64,000 nucleotides of DNA. Source: Felis catus (Eukaryota). Within the stretch, counting starts at the first letter, position 1, and each line of letters opens with the position of its first letter. Below the pieces are notes generated by a model, which worked only from the letters and a program-made list of their open reading frames with translations, did not search any database and was not told the origin of the DNA. Positions 34,930-48,383 of the stretch are shown piece by piece. The stretch spans positions 199,766,001 to 199,830,000 of the forward strand of contig NC_058368.1 of NCBI RefSeq assembly GCF_018350175.1. The letters run 5' to 3'. A program made the position numbers and the translations under genes.

Positions 34930-36100
34930 GCCACTGTTACAAAGGAAACCACTTTTATCAATTTATATTTCCTTATAGAAAACATTTTCTTTAGATGTAT
35001 GTGCATAGTCTGTTCCTCAAACATTCACACAAATGGGGGCATAGTCTATACACTTGTTTTTCATTTTCATGGAGATCTTTCTATACCAGCACATACAAAG
35101 CTCTCTTTTTTTAATGGCTGCATAATATCTCATTATTTGGGGGTAACCATAGTTTAACCAATTCCTCATTATTGTGCATTTAGGGCATTTTGAGTTTTAC
35201 AAGTAATACTGTAATAAATGTCTTTGTGTATATATCTCGGCATACTTTTCCAACTGTGTCATTAGGATAAAATCTTAGTAGTGAAACTACTTGGACAAAG
35301 GATTTACACATTTCAAATTTGGACAGATATTGCCAGATTGTCCTCTAAAAATTTCCACCAATTTATATTACGATAATGTAAAAAAATGCCAGTTTCTCCA
35401 TCTCCTTTCCTTAACAATGAGGATTATTAAACTTTTAAATTGAGGGCATTTTGATAAGTGAGAAATAATATATCATTGTTTTAATATGTACTTTTTCATT
35501 ATGAAGAGATAATGAGCATTTTATATTAGCCATTTATATTTTTTCTCTATGAACTCTTGATTTTTCTTTATCTTTGTCCATTTTTCTTTGTATTGTTCAT
35601 TATTTTTCTAATTAATAAGATCTTTGTTAGTCAAGAAAATTATCTTTTGTCATATATATATATAAATATTTTCTTCAGTTCATTAATCATTTAAATAGAA
35701 ATTTAATATTTTGATACAATCAATTTCATTAACTTTTTATGTTTATTTTATATTTGACATGGTATTTTAAAAGGATTTCTTATCTCTATGACTTGTTTCT
35801 TTTTTTTATTTAAAAAATTTTTTTAATGTTTATTTATTTTTGAGAGACAGAGAGAGACAGCATGAGTGGGGGAAGGGGAAGAGATAGAGAGGGAGACCCA
35901 GAATATGAAGCAGGCTCCAGGCTCTGATCTGTATGACTTGTTTCTTTTAATCACCCAGATTCTCATAGTCTTTTAATAATTCCATTTTCCTAGATTTAAA
36001 TTTTTGGTGCAGCTGAAATTTATTTTGATTTGACTGAGTCAGGGATTCAGCTTTATTTTGTTTTTAGATGGGTATCCGGTTGTCCAATAACATTTTCTCT
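34930..36100 (-). mobile_element. Ancient L1M-type fragment containing a 5'-truncated SINEC (35803-35931)
   Basis: Degenerate L1 ORF2/3'UTR reverse sequence; SINE TSD TATGACTTGTTTCTTT. Confidence 0.7.
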
Positions 36101-36623
36101 GTCTACTAGATTCTCTTTTTGTATTTCTTTCTGAGGAATGCCACCCACTCCTTTGGACTACCTACCACCTATATGATGACACCTGAAAGTCTACATCTTT
36201 TTCCATTTATTTCTCTCATTTCAAATTTATGTATTCAATGCCTGCTAAATATTTTCACCTGAATGTGTAAAGGACACTTTAATTTCAGTATGTTTAACAC
36301 TGAGAATATTATTTTAATCCCTAAAACTTTCCTGTATTCTATATAGAATGTAGAAGGATAGAAAAAGATTTTATATTTGTCACCCAAATTTGAATACAGT
36401 ACTTACATGAAATATTTTTTGAGTGAATTATACTCTTTATGAACTCATGCATGATTATAAGATTTCTGAGGGTAGAAACTGTGCCTCATTTGTTCTGATT
36501 ACCTTCAGGTCTTAGAATAATAGATGATAACCCTAGGCACACAATGAAATAAGATAAATGGAAAATGGCAATATTTACTAAAACAGTGTCAGAATTCTAT
36601 TTGATGTTGTAAAGAAACAGACC

Positions 36624-36692
36624 AAAAAAAAAAAAAAAAAAAAAAAAAAAGAAAAAGAAAGAAAAGAAAAGAAAAGAAAAAGAGAAAGAAAG
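36624..36692. repeat. Poly(A) / (GAAAA)n purine tract
   Basis: Directly visible. Confidence 0.95.
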
Positions 36693-36741
36693 GTAATTAA
36701 ATTCTGGAAGATGTGAGTAAGCAGTTAAGTGATTCTCACTC

Positions 36742-36974
36742 AGGGTAACTGTGTGGCTCAGTGAGTTAAGTGTCCAACTTTGACTCAGGTCATGATCTCA
36801 TGGTTCGTGAGTTTGAGCCCTGCGTCAGACTCCGTGCTGACAGCTCAGAGCCTGGAGCCTGATTCAGATTCTGAGTCTCCCTCTCTCTCTGCCCCTGCCC
36901 TGCTTGCGCTCTGTCTCTCTCTTTCTCAAAAACAAACATTAAAAAAATAATAAAAAAGTTAAAAAAAAAAAAGA
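36742..36974 (+). mobile_element. SINEC
   Basis: TSD AGTTAAGT(G/A)ATTCTC. Confidence 0.9.
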
Positions 36975-38791
36975 AGTTAAGTAATTCTCTTAACAACAGC
37001 AAGATTTCTATTAGCTTGGGAAATAGTGTAAGAGAGAGATGATAGGGAGAAAACCCAAGTTCTAAAAGGACAATAAAAGCTAAAAAAAAGTCACATCTTC
37101 AGACAGTGACCATTCTTCTTGAGAGGAAAGCTTACCAGGTCCCCAGGCTCCTTACAGGGAAAAATACCACATCCATACTTTCTGTTGAAAACACAAGCCC
37201 TCTGCAGTCTGTAGCTTCTTCTAGGCCATTTTCTATGTCAACCTACTTTTCCTCTGAGTCTAGTTTACTGGACTATAAAGGGCACTTCACCAAAAGGCAA
37301 TGGACTGGCCAGCAGAGATAGCGTGGCCCAAAAGAACATCTCAATGGGGACAATAGAGATTAACCAAACCAATCATATCTTCTCATCTGCTTATGAGACA
37401 TATAGGGAAAGTCAATGGTTGATAGAAACAGCAACTACAATATACATCCAGAAAAATGAGCGGATACAATAGGAAATGCAGAAATAGAAAGGACAGGATG
37501 TGGTGACTGACCAGATGTGTGCGATTAAGAAAGAACAGAAAGAATAAAGAAAACCAGCAAGTGTTTACTTTGAATGCCTGGGGGAAAGGTGGTAGCATGA
37601 GTCAAACGGCAAAGTCATGAGCATGGGTAGGGAAAAGAATAAGGCTGGTTTAGGATGTATTGAATTTGATAAGTGAGCCAACACTCCAAATTAAATATAC
37701 CCAGCATCAACTGAATGCCTGTGTGGATTTTTGGGAGGGAATTCAGAATGACTACATAGCAATGCGGTGACCCACACAGGGCTAATGTGGATGCCATGAG
37801 AGTGGAGACAATGCCCAAGAGAAAAGAGCTATAAAAAAAAAAAAAAGAGGGCTCTGTTTAGTAAAGAAGATAGGAAAAGGAGCCAGTGAAGAGGCAAAAT
37901 TGTTGACAAAAAGCTGGCAGGGATTCTAGAAGTTTGTGATGTCATGGCAACTGGGGCTGGAATAACAGTTTGTGTTCGTCGTCAGCAAATGGCAAGGGAA
38001 GCTAAAGATGATGAGGTTTGAGGGAGGACCATTGGGTTGTTCGCTGATAAAGAGAGCTACGTTCACCTGGTGGCAAGCCATATGTTTCAAGGAAGTGGAG
38101 GGGGGGGAATAGACAATTTTTCAAGGAGTTATGGTAGTTGAAGGAAGAAATGCACAAGATGACAAAGGCAGGAGGTAGGCTTAAAGGAAGGTGAAGTTAT
38201 TGTTCTCATTTATTTTTTAACAATAGGAGAGTCTTTAGCATTTTTGTAAAGGTATATGATTAAAAGGAGTTCTGAGAAAACAGAGACACTGAGCTAAAAA
38301 TTAAGAGAGGGTTATACAGTTGTAACATTCACACCACCCGGACTGTAATAAGTATAGTGAGCCCATTCCATTCAATTCATACTCCAAGTTCATAAACATG
38401 TAAGATTCTATGGCCCTTCTTAATGTGCATGAAGGGCTCCATTAGCTCAAGTTGTCTGTGGCCTTGATAAATACTAACAAATAATTGGAGATTGCTCCAT
38501 TTCCTACTTAACCTAAGGTCTTTTAATGTTGTTTCCTTTACTTTATATAAAATCTTCTTTAAAAGTCATGGAATATTTTATAAAAATCCTAGAAATCTAA
38601 GACTTTAAAATTTCATTTCCTAGTGCCTTCTCAAAGTGTTCAAATGACAGAATGTTTGAACTTTTCTTAATTACTTCTGATTTAAGTGTGGGCACTAAGT
38701 ATGTTATTTTTCTTTGTCTCTTTTTCTTCTTTCTTACTTAAAAGCACTTCTATTTTATCAAAATATTTGGGCTATTTACATTATAACTTAC

Positions 38792-38940
38792 TTTGCATAT
38801 TGAATTGCTTTGAATGTATTTGTGAGATCTCCACCAAATTGGTATGTCCGGGATGTTGCTTCAATCATTGCAGCTTTGGTTTTGAAAGTGTTCAGGTTAA
38901 ATACAACTCTTGGTATGTTGGCATACTGAATTAACCCCAC
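38792..38940 (-). CDS. ITGA2: ITGA2 exon 7 (149 nt): VGLIQYANIPRVVFNLNTFKTKAAMIEATSRTYQFGGDLTNTFKAIQYA(K)
   Basis: aag|GTG acceptor, AA|GTAAGT donor; MIDAS Thr in GDLTNT. Confidence 0.97.
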
Positions 38941-40926
38941 CTTCAAGAAAGCATAAGTTTATTAAAGGCTTGTCATTAAGTTATAAATAATTTCTAATTA
39001 ACCAATATAAATCAAAATCAAAAGTGCATTTGAAGTGGGACGATAGTATTAGATATGCATTTTCAATTTTGTTCTTAAGAATAGCTATTTTTCTTCCAAT
39101 GGAATGACTTCTTTGTTAGAGGCTGTTAGTTACAGCAGTAGTATTTGTTGATAAGCAAGATCATGTCCTATCATATATGATTTGGTTCTCAAGAGTAATA
39201 TTTATAGATTTTTGACTACAATAGTTATAGATTATCTAGTAATGGATTTTTAAGCAGTGCCTTATAATATTTTAATATGGATAATATTAGAATCCAGTTC
39301 ATAACAGAAAGATTAAAATGATATAAACTTTCTGATTAACAATGTATATATACATGTAAACAATTATAAGCAGTCATAGATGGAAGATAACAGCTCATCA
39401 GTTAAAAACAGGTGCAAAATAAACAAAGAATTATATTTGAATATGAAAGAAAAAAAGAGTGAGCTAATCAAAACAGTCAATTTGAATGCATTTATTGTTC
39501 TGGATTTCCTCTAATCACAGACTTTAGCATCTATGGAAGAAAGCTGCTATATGTGCAAGTAGGCAGGAGGTTTTTGGCCTTCAGAGAAAATGCCATTAGA
39601 GAGTCTCATCTGAGAAATCTGACAGATGGAACAACTTCTGAACAAGGTTGGGGCACATACCCTAATTCTTTAGATCAAGAAGGCCAAATACTTCTATTAA
39701 TGTCCTTATTCTCAGCACTGAAATCATCCTCTGTGCATAGGAGTTGGGGGCTTCTAGAATAGGAAGTAGCAACAAGAGGTCAGTATTGTAAAAGGGTCCT
39801 TAAGATAGAGGTCAGTACGTAAGGAAGGTGGAAGGGGCAAGGCCTGGATTTCTGAGTTCAATCAGCTACTTTTGCTAGGAAGCAATGAAGTAGGCACTGG
39901 GAAGATGTGAAAAATATATTTGTGGAGCCTTCTCTTTAGGACAGGATGTAAGACTTGAGAGAGAGGACAGGATCAAAAATCACTCTATGAATTTCAAAGT
40001 CTAATATGAGAGGAAGATGGTATGACAGTCCCAAAACTCCTGTGTGAGAAAGGGGAATAATGAATAGAAGACTTAAGGAAATGTAGTATATTAGGACTTA
40101 CAGAAAGATCAAATTTAGATGGTAAGAAAAAGAGACTGTGTAAATCACCTCTAGAGATGAAGAAAATGCATGGGGGTAGGAAGACAAGAAGAGGAAGGCC
40201 ATGAATTCCATTCAAGAGACTATTAAATATAGTAAGTCATGTTATGGGGTAAGTCCATTTAGAGATGGATAAAACAAGCAGATACCTAGGAAAACTTCTC
40301 TTATAATGGGACCTTAACAGGATGCTATCCAGAAAGAAATGCTATACCTGGTCTTATTCATAGAATTTTCTGGTAAAAGCCCACAGTGAAACCTCCAAAG
40401 ATTTGGTGAACATTAATGTCCTCTTAGTATTGAAAAGCAACATCAATGGAAAACATATAATAATATTTTGTAATACTGTACAGGAAAGCAGAAAATCAAA
40501 TTTCAATATAGCTAACTGTGAAGCATTTAGGGGAAGATGTTCCAACAATTGTTACTAGATGTTGGACACAAGGCATCAGATGACAGGAACAACCCAAGAA
40601 TATACACTGGGAACTCTGTCAACTGGCTCTGTTGATATTGGTTCAACCAGAATGACCATGAAAGGGCAAACCCAATAGGAAAGAAAGAAAGAAGACCCAG
40701 AACTTTAACAATAAATGTTATTCAGTTTTATGGAAGCGTGAAGCTTCTGTTCCTGAGTTTTGGATGCCTATCTCAAGAAGATAGAAAAGCAAATTAAAGA
40801 CTCCTTAAAACATGGAGAGCTATACAAAATTATTAAAAAGTCTTATTCTGTGTAAAAAAGCAAGGGCTGAGTAAAATATGATAAAAGACTAAAAAATAAC
40901 AAGATAGGATTATGCTGTTTATAGCC

Positions 40927-41119
40927 TTAAAAATGTTCATTTTTGAGAGGGAGGGAGAGAGAGAGAGAGCATGTGGGAGTATGTATGGGGGAGGGGAAGA
41001 GAAAGAGGGGACAGAGGAGCTGAAGCAGGTACTGTGCTGAGAGCCTGATGCAGGGCTCGAACTCATGAACTGTGAGATCATCAGTCTGATGCTTAATGGA
41101 CTGAGCCACCCAGGCGCCT
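40927..41119 (-). mobile_element. SINEC
   Basis: ctgagccacccaggcgcc reverse head. Confidence 0.88.
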
Positions 41120-41529
41120 ATTGACTGTCTATTGACTTCTCTACAAAAATCCCAGAAATTCAAGGACAACAAAATAAATTAATTATTAGTCCAAGTGGCT
41201 GTCAAGAAAATAATACATACTGGATTTTAAAATGTATTGATAAATTCATAAGTTATAGGAGGGAAAAATAAGTAGCTGAAAAAGATGAAAATGCTACATC
41301 CTATATCTGATGCCTGTCAGAAATAGAAATCTAAGCTCAAAGACCAACACTGGGCAACGTCATAGACAGAAAAACTCAATGTAGTGCAAATTTCAATTAA
41401 CTGTCAAGGTTAACATTAAATGCATTTAATGTGGGGATTTGACAAATGCAAATATTAAGACCTCATATCTAACAATATTTTCTTAGAAGGAAATCTGTGG
41501 GTTAGTGTATGTATTATTCATGTCCATAC

Positions 41530-41657
41530 CTGTGTCTTTGTGGGGCCTATATCCAGGCCTTGGACAAATTTTTCCAAAAAATTCTTTACTGCATCCCAGG
41601 GATAAATACTGTTTGACTCATCACATACAACCACAACATCTATGAGGGAAGGGCAGG
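41530..41657 (-). CDS. ITGA2: ITGA2 exon 6 (128 nt): (T)CPSLIDVVVVCDESNSIYPWDAVKNFLEKFVQGLDIGPTKTQ; I-domain start with MIDAS DxSxS
   Basis: tag|CC acceptor, CAG|GTATGG donor, DESNS motif. Confidence 0.97.
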
Positions 41658-41831
41658 CTACACAGGAAAAGATGAAAGAAACAGATTTCCATTGTTAATT
41701 CACTCTTCACACTTATATGCAAATAGGACGAAGTAAAATGGACTTGAGAGGGGTTGGGTGGTACTTGATAAATCCCGCCTCTGCCCTTCATGTAAGGTAT
41801 TGCTCGGACCCTCTGCACATTCATCACTTAC

Positions 41832-41946
41832 TCTGAACTGCAGGTGCAAAGCTGGCCAAGAGCTGAAAATTGGGACTGATATCAGAACAAACACCAGTTG
41901 CATAATACTGGCTTCCGCATTGCTGTGCCCACAGGGGACCACACGT
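41832..41946 (-). CDS. ITGA2: ITGA2 exon 5 (115 nt): TCGPLWAQQCGSQYYATGVCSDISPNFQLLASFAPAVQ
   Basis: aag|ACG acceptor, A|GTAAGT donor; inside ORF 41824..42027. Confidence 0.97.
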
Positions 41947-42480
41947 CTTCAAAGAAATGAGAACAATGACAAAACACATGGAAAATGTTAGTCTTCTACT
42001 TCTCCATTTGTAAAACTTAGAGATCATTTCTTTTTTCTTTCTTTCTTTCTTTCTTTCCCCCCGCCCCCCCCCCCCCAGAGATCATTTCTATGATTTCACA
42101 AGATACTAGAAATTGTCAACTCTTGAAACTATCGGGTCAAAAAAGCCTCTGAGAGAAAGTGCCTCAGAAAGAAAGAACAAACAGAAGGGAGGGAGAAGAT
42201 AGCAGCTGGGCTGGGAGACAGGTGTCAGCGGTGTAGGGAGGAGACCCTCAGGTCACCGAACTAGAGAAAGGAGGTGCTTTCCTTCATCGTTTGTCTCTCA
42301 GTTATCTGGACTTCAGGGGCTTTATCTATAAACGAGGATAATCATATCTACTATCATGCAAGGTGTTGTGAAGATTAAATGGTTCTCTAGATGTAAAGCA
42401 TTTAGAACAGTGTGGGGTAAATAACACATGGCACATAGTTGTTAGCCAGCATCACTACAGTTGTTATTCTTTTTTCCCCC

Positions 42481-42536
42481 CAAAGTTTATTTATTTACTC
42501 ACTCTGACGGAGAGGGAGCGCAGGGGGGTGGTGTGC

Positions 42537-42576
<40 letters not shown>

Positions 42577-42731
42577 GAAGAAGAGAATCCCAAGCAGTCA
42601 CCATGCTGTGCTGTTAGTGCAGAGCCTGATGGCGGGGTGGGGGTGGGGACTCAAACCCATGAACTGTGAGATCATGGCCTGAGCCGAAATCAAGAGTTGG
42701 ACGCTTACCTGACTGAACCCCAGGTTTCCCT
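42481..42731 (-). mobile_element. SINEC with (AG)n
   Basis: Reverse SINEC body. Confidence 0.85.
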
Positions 42732-45247
42732 ACTGTTATCTTGAACAAAGGTTATACTATTCACTTTTACTATTGTATTATATGTATACTACCACTTATC
42801 GTATTGAGTGGAAACCATAAACCCACAAGCCCCAGGATCAGGCAGGAACCTAAGAGTGCTCTGGGCTGGTATAGATGCCATGGTAAATGAAGAGTCCAGG
42901 TGTCATACACAAGGGCAGGCCACCATGGCTCCTGCCCATTGCCAGCTTTGCCAGATCTTCCAAATTTTCAAGGAGAGTCCAAGAAGACAAATTCTTTGGG
43001 AAAATCCACTAAATAAACACAAATGAGGTACATGAACTGCCAGCTTTTAATGATGTTATAAAGTATTTGAGGACTTCTGATCCCCCTATTTCCACTGCCT
43101 AAAAGTCATCCAAGCTGGCACTTGTCCCCTTGCCCACATCATACATACTCCAATTCTTAATATCTCCATTAACCCAACCTCAGATCTTTCCTTTTCATCA
43201 GCCTTTCAATGCCAAGAACTCCTGATAAAATTGTGATTAAATCACACCAGAAAAACATTACATTAAATCCTGTTAGAACTGCTAGATGTAAAAGGAGAAA
43301 AATGGGAAAGAGAAGTCTAGTTAAGATCCTAAAGAGCATCTACAAAGTTTAACATTATGTAAAGCTCTGGTTCAATTATTAAAATTTAACAAAAAAAGTA
43401 TGAACCTGCAAAAAAAAAAAAATTGGAAGAATAAAAGGGAATTTGTTTGACCCAGTTTAATTGTTGGTTGCTCAAGGGAAAAGCAGCTGTGGTCATAGTT
43501 CATGCTCAGTGAATAATCCATAGTTCTTCCTCCCATAACACTACTTCATGATGCCAATTAGTTAAGGGAAAAATCACAATTGATGCCTTTGATTAGTTTA
43601 CCAAATAATGAAAACCAATTATATTGATTAGTATAATCAATCCCCATCCCCAAGTTGGTTTTTTAAAATCACCTTGAAAAATAATAACTCAGGAAGTGTT
43701 CAAGAATTTTTTTTTTGTTTTAAAAGCAATGGAAAACAGCATTAAGAAGCTGAAATTAGAATATGCCAATTGTTAATGCCAGAACTACATTCCTGCTTTA
43801 AGCCCAGAACTTAAGCAGTTTCAAAAAAATGTGATGATTGTCAGCCTTTTCCACATAATTCTTAAGAGTATCTTAAGATTTTGACCTTTTAGGTATGTAA
43901 AGGAAGCTTTGGATTTTTTTTTTCCCCTCTCTCTCCTTCCCTCTCTCTTCCCTCCTTCTCTGCTTGCTACATTGGTTGTTAAATTAATCTCTTAAATTCT
44001 CTTGCAATTTTATTTTACTTTATCTGAAGTTAACAAATTGAAAATTTAGAAGTACGTCCTGTAATCCCTATATCTCAATATGTTCCTTTTCTTAAATTTA
44101 TTCAACCTCAAAAGCAAATAAGCAAACAAAAAGAGACAAAAACAATCCTATTTTTAAAACTTTGGAATATCATGAACGATGAAGATTCATTGCACTATTT
44201 ATTTATGCTTTGAATTACACATATTATAAGTAATATATGAGTTATTGAGTGGTACCAATGTTTGAATACTAATATCTATTAGTAAAAGGAGAATGACATT
44301 GTTCAAAATTAATTATATTCTTAGAATAGTTAAGTTATACATCTAGGCATTTGAGTTAGCATGTCGATGGTATAGACATAACTAATGTAAAGTTAAATTA
44401 AGTTTTCTATGGCTATTTTAACAGGGCAATAAATATAACTAGGATCATCTATATGCTGGTGGAAATGTCTAGTAAGATTGGGTTTTTATTTGCCTCAAAA
44501 ACTTTTTTTTTGGCATGTGATGGTTTTCATTTTTTTATATAGTCAAATTAATCTTTTCAACAATTTCCTATATTATTTCTTCTGTTAGTTCCAAGCTTAT
44601 AAATTTTCTAAAATTTTCATTTTCTTCCAGTTTTTTATATTAACTCTAATCCACTTGAAAGTATATTTGGATATACAAGTTATTAACCAATTAGTTGTCC
44701 CCAAACCACTTGTTAAAGAAGGCATTTCTATTTCACTGACTTGTAATGTTTTCTCACAGCATTCTAGAAACTCAATGAGAATAAACACTAACATGAAATA
44801 AGATGAGGGACCAAGACATGACTTAAATGATATCAGATTTGCCAAAGGGTTATAGCAAATGGTTAAAGACAGAAATACTCTTCAGCCTGGAAATGCACTC
44901 TCTGAATTAGCAGTACGTATCTTAAAATTCCTATGGGAAGAAGAAACAGGACCTGGAATTATGTTGTTATCAACAAATGCTAAGCACACTTTCCAAGGGC
45001 AAAGGATTGGTGTTCTTTTTGCTGCTTTCTTCTAAGACATTCTATGGCAATGGTTTTACTGGGTATCTTAATAAGCCTATATACCAATAGATAGGTATGT
45101 CACGTTGGATATCCACATGGTATGATTTATCCCAAAGCAAACTCTAATATTTAAATGTCAAGATTTGATTTGATAGGTAGGATGGCGAGAAGACACTAAC
45201 TTCACACTTTCTTGAGACAGATGAGGATTTGAAAGGTAAATACTCAC

Positions 45248-45339
45248 GAGAAATCCTCCGGTTCCTACGTTCCTTGTGAGTGTCAAGCCAAGGCTCATGT
45301 TGGTTTTCATTTCGGTAACATTGGGAATGCTTGTGGCAG
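45248..45339 (-). CDS. ITGA2: ITGA2 exon 4 (92 nt): (T)ATSIPNVTEMKTNMSLGLTLTRNVGTGGFL
   Basis: aag|CT acceptor, CTC|GTGAGT donor; inside ORF 45158..45448. Confidence 0.97.
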
Positions 45340-45769
45340 CTTTCAGAGAAAAAGATTTTAAAAAGTGAATAAATCGTTGCCATTTATTTAAAGTTGTTAA
45401 AAAAAAAACCACACTCATGTTTATATGTAGCATTGAGTTTAGTGTCATATATCTAGGTACTCACGTTATATATTCACATGTAGAGAAATGAAGGACCTTC
45501 AGTGATCTGGCAGCTCATACATTTAAATGTGTGAGGCTACAGAATGTAAGATATTGGGGGTGGTATCTGAAAGGGCATGACTTATAGGCATTTAAGTTTA
45601 AAATTTTTAAAAACAAAGTGCTAGCCAAACAAAACACATCTGAGGACACTATTTGGTCTCCGATTTGCCAACCCCCACTCTTTTCAAGGTCACAATGGCT
45701 CCATGTAATGCTTTATTCTGGATCAGAAAAAAATATCTCTAAAGTGTTATTTAAAAACAGCATATATAT

Positions 45770-46058
45770 ACAGAGAAAGACAGATACCATATGTTTTCAC
45801 TCTTATGTGGATCCTGAGAAACTTAACAGGAACCCATGGGAGAGGGGAAGGAAAAAAAGAGGTTAGAGTGGAAGAGAGCCAAAGCATACGAGACTCTTAA
45901 AAACTGAGAACAAACTGAGGGCTGATGGGGGGTGGGAGGGAAGGGAGGATGGGTGATGGGTATTGAAGAGGGCATCTTTTGGGATGAGCACTGGGTGTTG
46001 TATGGAAACCAATTTGACCATAAATTTCATATATTAAAAAAAAATAAAATAAAAAAAT
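45770..46058 (+). mobile_element. 5'-truncated felid-type L1 3' end
   Basis: L1 3'UTR with A-rich tail; TSD AAAACAGCATATA / AAAATGGCATATA. Confidence 0.88.
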
Positions 46059-46124
46059 AAAAATGGCATATAGTAGAATCTGGCCCAAAGCAGTAGCGAG
46101 TGAATTTTAAAAGGAAATTCTGAA

Positions 46125-46709
46125 AGGATGCTCAAATCACTCATCATCAGGGAAATACAAATCAAAACCACAATGAGGTACCACTTCCCGCCTGTCAGAA
46201 TGGCTAAAATTAACAACACAGGAAACAACAGATGTTGACGAGGATGCGGAGAAAGGCAAACCCATTTGTATGTTGGTTGTGGTGTAGTCACTCTGGAAAG
46301 GAGTATGGAGGTTCCTCAAAAAATTAAAAATACTGGGCACCTGAGTGGCTCAGTCAGTTAAGTGTCTGACTTTGCTCAGGTCATGATCTCACAGTTTGTG
46401 AGTTTAAGTCCCATATCCAGCTCTATGCTCTCAGCACAGAGCCTGCTTTGGAACCTCTGTCTCCCTCTCTTTCTGCCTCTCTCCCACTCATTCTCTCTCA
46501 AAAATAAGTAAACATTAAAATAATTAAAAATAGACCTACCCTATGACTACGATTGCCCTACTAGGTATTTATCTAAAGGATACTAAAATGCTGATTCGAA
46601 GGGGCACATGCACCCCGATGTTTACAGCAGCACTACCAACAGTAGCCAAATTATGGAAAGAGCCCAAATGTCCAACAATGGATGAATGGGTAAAGAAGAT
46701 GTAGTATAC

Positions 46710-46749
<40 letters not shown>

Positions 46750-46757
46750 ATATATAT

Positions 46758-46809
<52 letters not shown>

Positions 46810-47700
46810 ATATTACTTGGTGATCAAAAAGAATGAAATTTTGCCATTTGCAACAGGTGGATAGAACTGGAATATATTAAGTGAAATAAGTCAGTCAGAG
46901 AAAGGCAAATACCATATGATTTCATTCATATGTAGAATTTAAATAAGAAAATTAACATAGAGGAAGGGAAGGAAAAGTAAGTTAAAAACACAAAGGGGGG
47001 CGCCTGGGTGGCGCAGTCGGTTAAGCGTCCGACTTCAGCCAGGTCACGATCTCGCGGTCCGTGAGTTCGAGCCCCGCATCAGGCTCTGGGCTGATGGCTC
47101 GGAGCCTGGAGCCTGTTTCCGATTCTGTGTCTCCCTCTCTCTCTGCCCCTCCCCCGTTCATGCTCTGTCTCTCTCTGTCCCCAAAAAAATAAACGTTGAA
47201 AAAAAATTAAAAAAAAAACACAGAGGGAGGCAAACCATAAGAGACTCTTAAATACAGAGAACAAACTGGGGGTTGTTGGAGGAGTGTTGGGTGGGGGAAT
47301 GGGCCAAATGGGTGATGGGCATTAAGGAAGGCATTTGTTGGCATGAGCACTAGATGTTGTATTTAAGTGATGAATTACTCAATTCTACTCCTGAAACCAT
47401 TAATACACTATATAGTAACTAACTTGGATTTAGAAAAAAAGATTTTAATGTTTATTTAGTGTTGAGAGAGAGAGAGAGACAGAGTGTGAGCAGGGGAGGG
47501 GCACAGAGAGAGAAGGAAGCACAGAATCTAAAGCAGGCTCCAGGTTCTGAGCTGTCAGCCAAAGACCGATTTGGGCTCGAACTCACGAACTGCAAGATCA
47601 TGACCTGGGCTGAAGTCAGACACTCAACCGACTGAGTCACCCGGGTGCCCCCACTAACTTGGATTTAAATAAGATAAATAAGGTAAATAAGAAAATAGAA
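46125..47700 (+). mobile_element. Truncated L1 (ORF2 end and 3'UTR) with three nested SINECs (46335-46524 +, 46997-47213 +, 47440-47652 -) and (TG)n(TA)n at 46713-46805
   Basis: catcatcagggaaatacaaatcaaaaccacaatgag L1 signature; SINE heads visible; 46997 copy is young SINEC_Fc type. Confidence 0.9.
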
Positions 47701-48383
47701 GAAAATGAGTCATGTAAAATAATAATCCCCAACTTCCTCTCTCCCACTCAACTAGGGCATCATCCACTGACTGTATCCATTCTTGAGCTGTGGAACATTG
47801 CAATTCTCCTCAACAGTATTATTTAAACATTAAATAATGTTTAAATTTGTTGGCTAATCTCTGCCTAGCCAACATTAACTTTAACTTACCCTCCTTGACC
47901 CAGGGCCATTATTTTATTAGCTTTACCTAAAGGTCATTCTTGGAAGTCCTCTTTGTTGTCTCTTTCCTTTGTGTCTTCAAGAAAGGAGCAATCTTTCTAA
48001 GACTGATTTTCCCATGGACCAGTGATGTTAATTCCAACCAGTTAATTCTACTCTTGATAAATAGTTACTCCCTTTCATCACCTCCTTCTACTCTCCCTAC
48101 AAATAGGATTATTTGTTTTTATCAGGAAAATCTTCATTTAACCCTGCTCCTCCATCCATTTTCCCAACTCTCCTTCACTACTCAAATTCTGTAAACAAAG
48201 GGCTACTTTTACTTGTAGAACTTGTTCATGCCTCACATGCTCTTAAATTCTTTGTGATCCATTTCTCCCCTCAACACTATTAGATTCATAGTCATGGTAA
48301 GAAATTTGCAAAATGTGATCTGCTGGAGTGCAGAAAGAAGATAACAGAACTGCTATGTGTATGTTTTTATTCTTTTAAATTTA

